From assembly GCA_020137815.1 (NCBI GenBank), contig CM035354.1, forward strand, positions 3,844,001 through 3,908,000: a DNA stretch of 64,000 nucleotides. Direction: 5' to 3'. A program made the translations under genes and the position numbers. Source of the DNA: Hormiphora californensis. Lineage: Eukaryota; Animalia; Ctenophora. Below, piece after piece: positions 61,228 to 64,000 of the stretch (position 1 is the stretch's first letter; each line of letters starts with the position of its first letter). Below the pieces are notes generated by a model. The model saw only the letters and a program-made list of their open reading frames with translations, did no database searches and had not been told where the DNA came from.

Positions 61228-62231
61228 TAGTAGGGACGAATCTCTTATAAAAAGAAGTGGCTGACTCACTATTTGGTGGAAAGCAAATTCCGGTTGTAAC
61301 CCACCTATTTTGACCCGCTGAACACGATCCCGTTCATAGGTAAGGTCGCAAAAGTGAAGAACATGCCCAAATCGGCCACGCCCTTTTACCTGTATTTTCA
61401 GCCTGTAGCCAAAAACATAAATCTTCTTAGAATAGGAGTAGAGACAAATCTGAGGGCACTAAAGTGATCAGCGCCCTCGCATTAGTGGGGGTAGGTGCTG
61501 GAATTAAGTCTCTATCTCATCTGGTTAATTAGATAATTGGATAATTAGGTTTGCGCATAACCGTTTTTTGGCTATATGGCTATAGCCACTTAGGAATGGT
61601 TTAGAGACTTTTCACTGGCGCCATTTTGTAGGCAATAGCCAAGTTATGGGGGGTCGACGTCGGACTTTTAAGCTCTATCTCCAACCGTTTAGCCGTTATT
61701 GGGCTAAATCGATGCTCAAAATGAGCGAAAAACGGTAAAAAGCCCGTTTTTGAGCATCGTTTAAGCCAAATAACGGCTAAACGGTTGAAGATAGAGCTTA
61801 AAAGTCCGACGTCGACCCCCCATAACTTGGCTATTGCCTACAAAATGGCGCCGGTGAAAAGTCTCTAAACCATTCCTTAGTGGCTATAGCCATATAGCCA
61901 AAAAACGGTTATGCGCAAACCTAATTATCCAATTATCTAATTAACTAGATGAGATAGAGACTTAATTCCAGCACCTACCCCCACTAATGCGAGGGCGCTG
62001 ATCACTTTAGTGCCCTCAGATTTGTCTCTACTCCTATTCTAAGAGGATTTATGTTTTTGGCTACAGGCTGAAAATACAGGTAAAAGGGCGTGGCCGGTTT
62101 GGGCATGTTCTTCACTTTTGCGACCTTACCTATGAACGGGATCGTGTTCAGCGGGTCAAAATAGGTGGGTTACAACCGGAATTTGCTTTCCACCAAATAG
62201 TGAGTCAAAAAATTAAGATTCGTCCCTACTA
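61228..62231. mobile_element. 1.0-kb palindromic non-autonomous element, Academ-like, related to 56645-57644
   Basis: TAGTAGGGACGAATCT..AGATTCGTCCCTACTA termini; 3-bp TSD TAT; shares an ~230-bp arm block with the first element. Confidence 0.8.
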
Positions 62232-62343
62232 TATTCATACTGCAAAGAGGGATAGTTAGAGATGGGAGGACAGAAAACACTATGTTCTGAGAAAAATGCA
62301 GAACGCGGATAACTACCTACTCCAACTAAAATCTGAATCTTAC

Positions 62344-63827
62344 CTTACTCGTTGATCGTCGTGCCCGGGATGTTTTGTTAAACCTGAGACTATTTAGTTA
62401 GCACACAGTTCACAGTTCACACTTGGACAATGAACAATAAGACTGAAAAGCCCTACACTTTTCAGCCTTATTTTTCAGACAACTAACAGAATGAACATGA
62501 CAATGAACAATAAGACTGAAAAGCCCTACACTTTTCAGCCTTATTTTTTAGACAACTAACAGAATGAACATGACAATGAACAATGAACAATAAGACTGAA
62601 AAGCCCTACACTTTTCAGCCTTATTTTCAGACAACTAACAGAATGAACATATAATCATTGCTTACTCATTTCAATACATGTCGTTTTTCTATCGTCTACT
62701 GGAGATTTGGTAGAGATCCACTGTCCTCCGCTACAGGTCCAGCGACTTGTACCGATGAGAACACCGTTTATGGGTGTTATGCAGTTGACCGTAACATTTG
62801 AGCCTTCTAATTTCACACTATCTGAACCATCGGCATAGCGGTATACCAATTCAGTCGTTGTTTTGTTGTAGTTACTGAACGCACTGCAAACTGTGTGGGT
62901 TTTGGTAGTTTAGCAATACTTAAAATATAAATTGGAAAAAGCCGACTGAACTACCTTTTGGTATTTCCATCAGGCTTGCTACATGTGGAATTGTTTTGCC
63001 CAACCAAATGGTGACCACTACCGAACGTCAAATTTAGGGTTGTGCTATAGAAGTTTGGATTACTTACACTTATCACAATGCGGTACATCACTTGACCACG
63101 ATCCGTCCTGCTGACAAGTCAGTTCTGAACTTCCCACAAGGCTGTGAGTGTCAGCACATTCGATGGTGGCAGTTGTCCCCGTTGGTGAAGCAGCCCAGTT
63201 TCCTTTTGTCGATCCCTCAACAGTAAAGGCGGGACACTGTTGTTCTGAATAGAAATAGTAATTAGTGTGAGTTCATTGCAATTTATAGGGGATATATGTT
63301 ATATGAAGCTTGGGTATAACACTTGATATAAGCACATTGTCCATGCAGTACTATTTAAAGTGGTATAGGTAAATAAAATTTAGACCCTTACCTGCTCTGT
63401 AGAAGTCAGATGCTGTGTCAATGGTACTGTCAAACTGAATCTCATCCACAGCATCACCACCCAACTGTGTAACACAGGTGCTCTTTGAACTATCTGCGAA
63501 CAAGTAGTTCAGCACCTCCACATTATTACATGTGATGATTAGGGCAGCCTTTGTTTTGGTGAAAGTCCAGATTTTCTCCACCTCAACTGGTGGTTGCACT
63601 GGCAGGACTGTCCAGTCGCTAGTGCAGAAGTCTACCCAATACTCCCAATACTGCATTGTGGAGGAGAACTTCACATCCACCCCGCCGATCAAGCTACTGT
63701 CCTCGTCATACATATCCACCGATATAATTTCCTCATAACTGCCCAGTGTAGAGTTTGTCTTTATCTGGAGAGGTGTTCCCTCCAGGTCCCAGGGTATTTC
63801 CACATTCCGCTCTACAGCTGTCCACTC
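62344..63827 (-). CDS. 3' exons of an extracellular protein: 'WDLEGTPLQIKT' lineage-expanded domain plus two sushi/CCP domains (5' end beyond the window; last exon uncertain)
   Basis: Exons at about 63827-63452, 63245-63067 (C..GTTATIECADTHSLVGSSELTCQQDGSWSSDVPHC), 62895-62665 (VTVNC..LIG..WTCSGGQW..C) and 62383-62344. Confidence 0.75.
62427..62650. repeat. ~73-80-bp tandem repeat, 3 units, with an internal hairpin
   Basis: caatgaacaataaga-CTGAAAAG-ccctaca-CTTTTCAG-ccttatttt..cagaatgaacat. Confidence 0.9.
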
Positions 63828-64000
63828 TGAAATTATACAATAAAGATACTATCCACTAAAAGTAAACTAAAAGAGCTATTAAAAGATAATTAAATGTTAA
63901 GTAATGGCTCTAATTGACCCCAAAAAAGTTTAACATATTTGGAGGTACACTGATACTAGTGGGTGGTCAAATTTAGGCTGGTTCCCGGTCTGGTGACGTG

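Overview
Gene-dense, intron-rich animal DNA, most likely a ctenophore. This is inferred from short introns, nested intronic genes, splice acceptors just before start codons, and a 'WDLE.TPLQIKT' domain I recognise from ctenophore proteomes. Host genes: an inner-arm axonemal dynein heavy chain (DNAH3-like, minus strand, runs off the left edge); HACD (one-base frameshift); a ZAK/MAP3K20-like kinase; and a plexin (plus strand, runs on past the window). Three genes sit antisense inside introns: a secreted F5/8C/fucolectin-like gene in the dynein, and a 5x thyroglobulin type-1 gene plus a sushi-domain gene in the plexin. The introns carry many DNA transposons: a self-nested element with 8-bp TSDs, Kolobok- and Academ-like palindromes, MITEs, a Helitron, and a scrambled mosaic of transposon fragments. 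The standout is an intact 7.67-kb non-LTR retrotransposon (46294-53964, minus strand) with target-site duplications and an intact endonuclease-RT-RNaseH-CCHC ORF2. It starts with an HDV-like ribozyme fold. Its ORF1 appears split by three sense-orientation, phase-0 spliceosomal introns, and a separate strong splice acceptor lies just upstream of ORF2. It therefore looks like an intron-retaining LINE that may be expressed through host (trans-)splicing. All splice models were read by eye and need RNA evidence.
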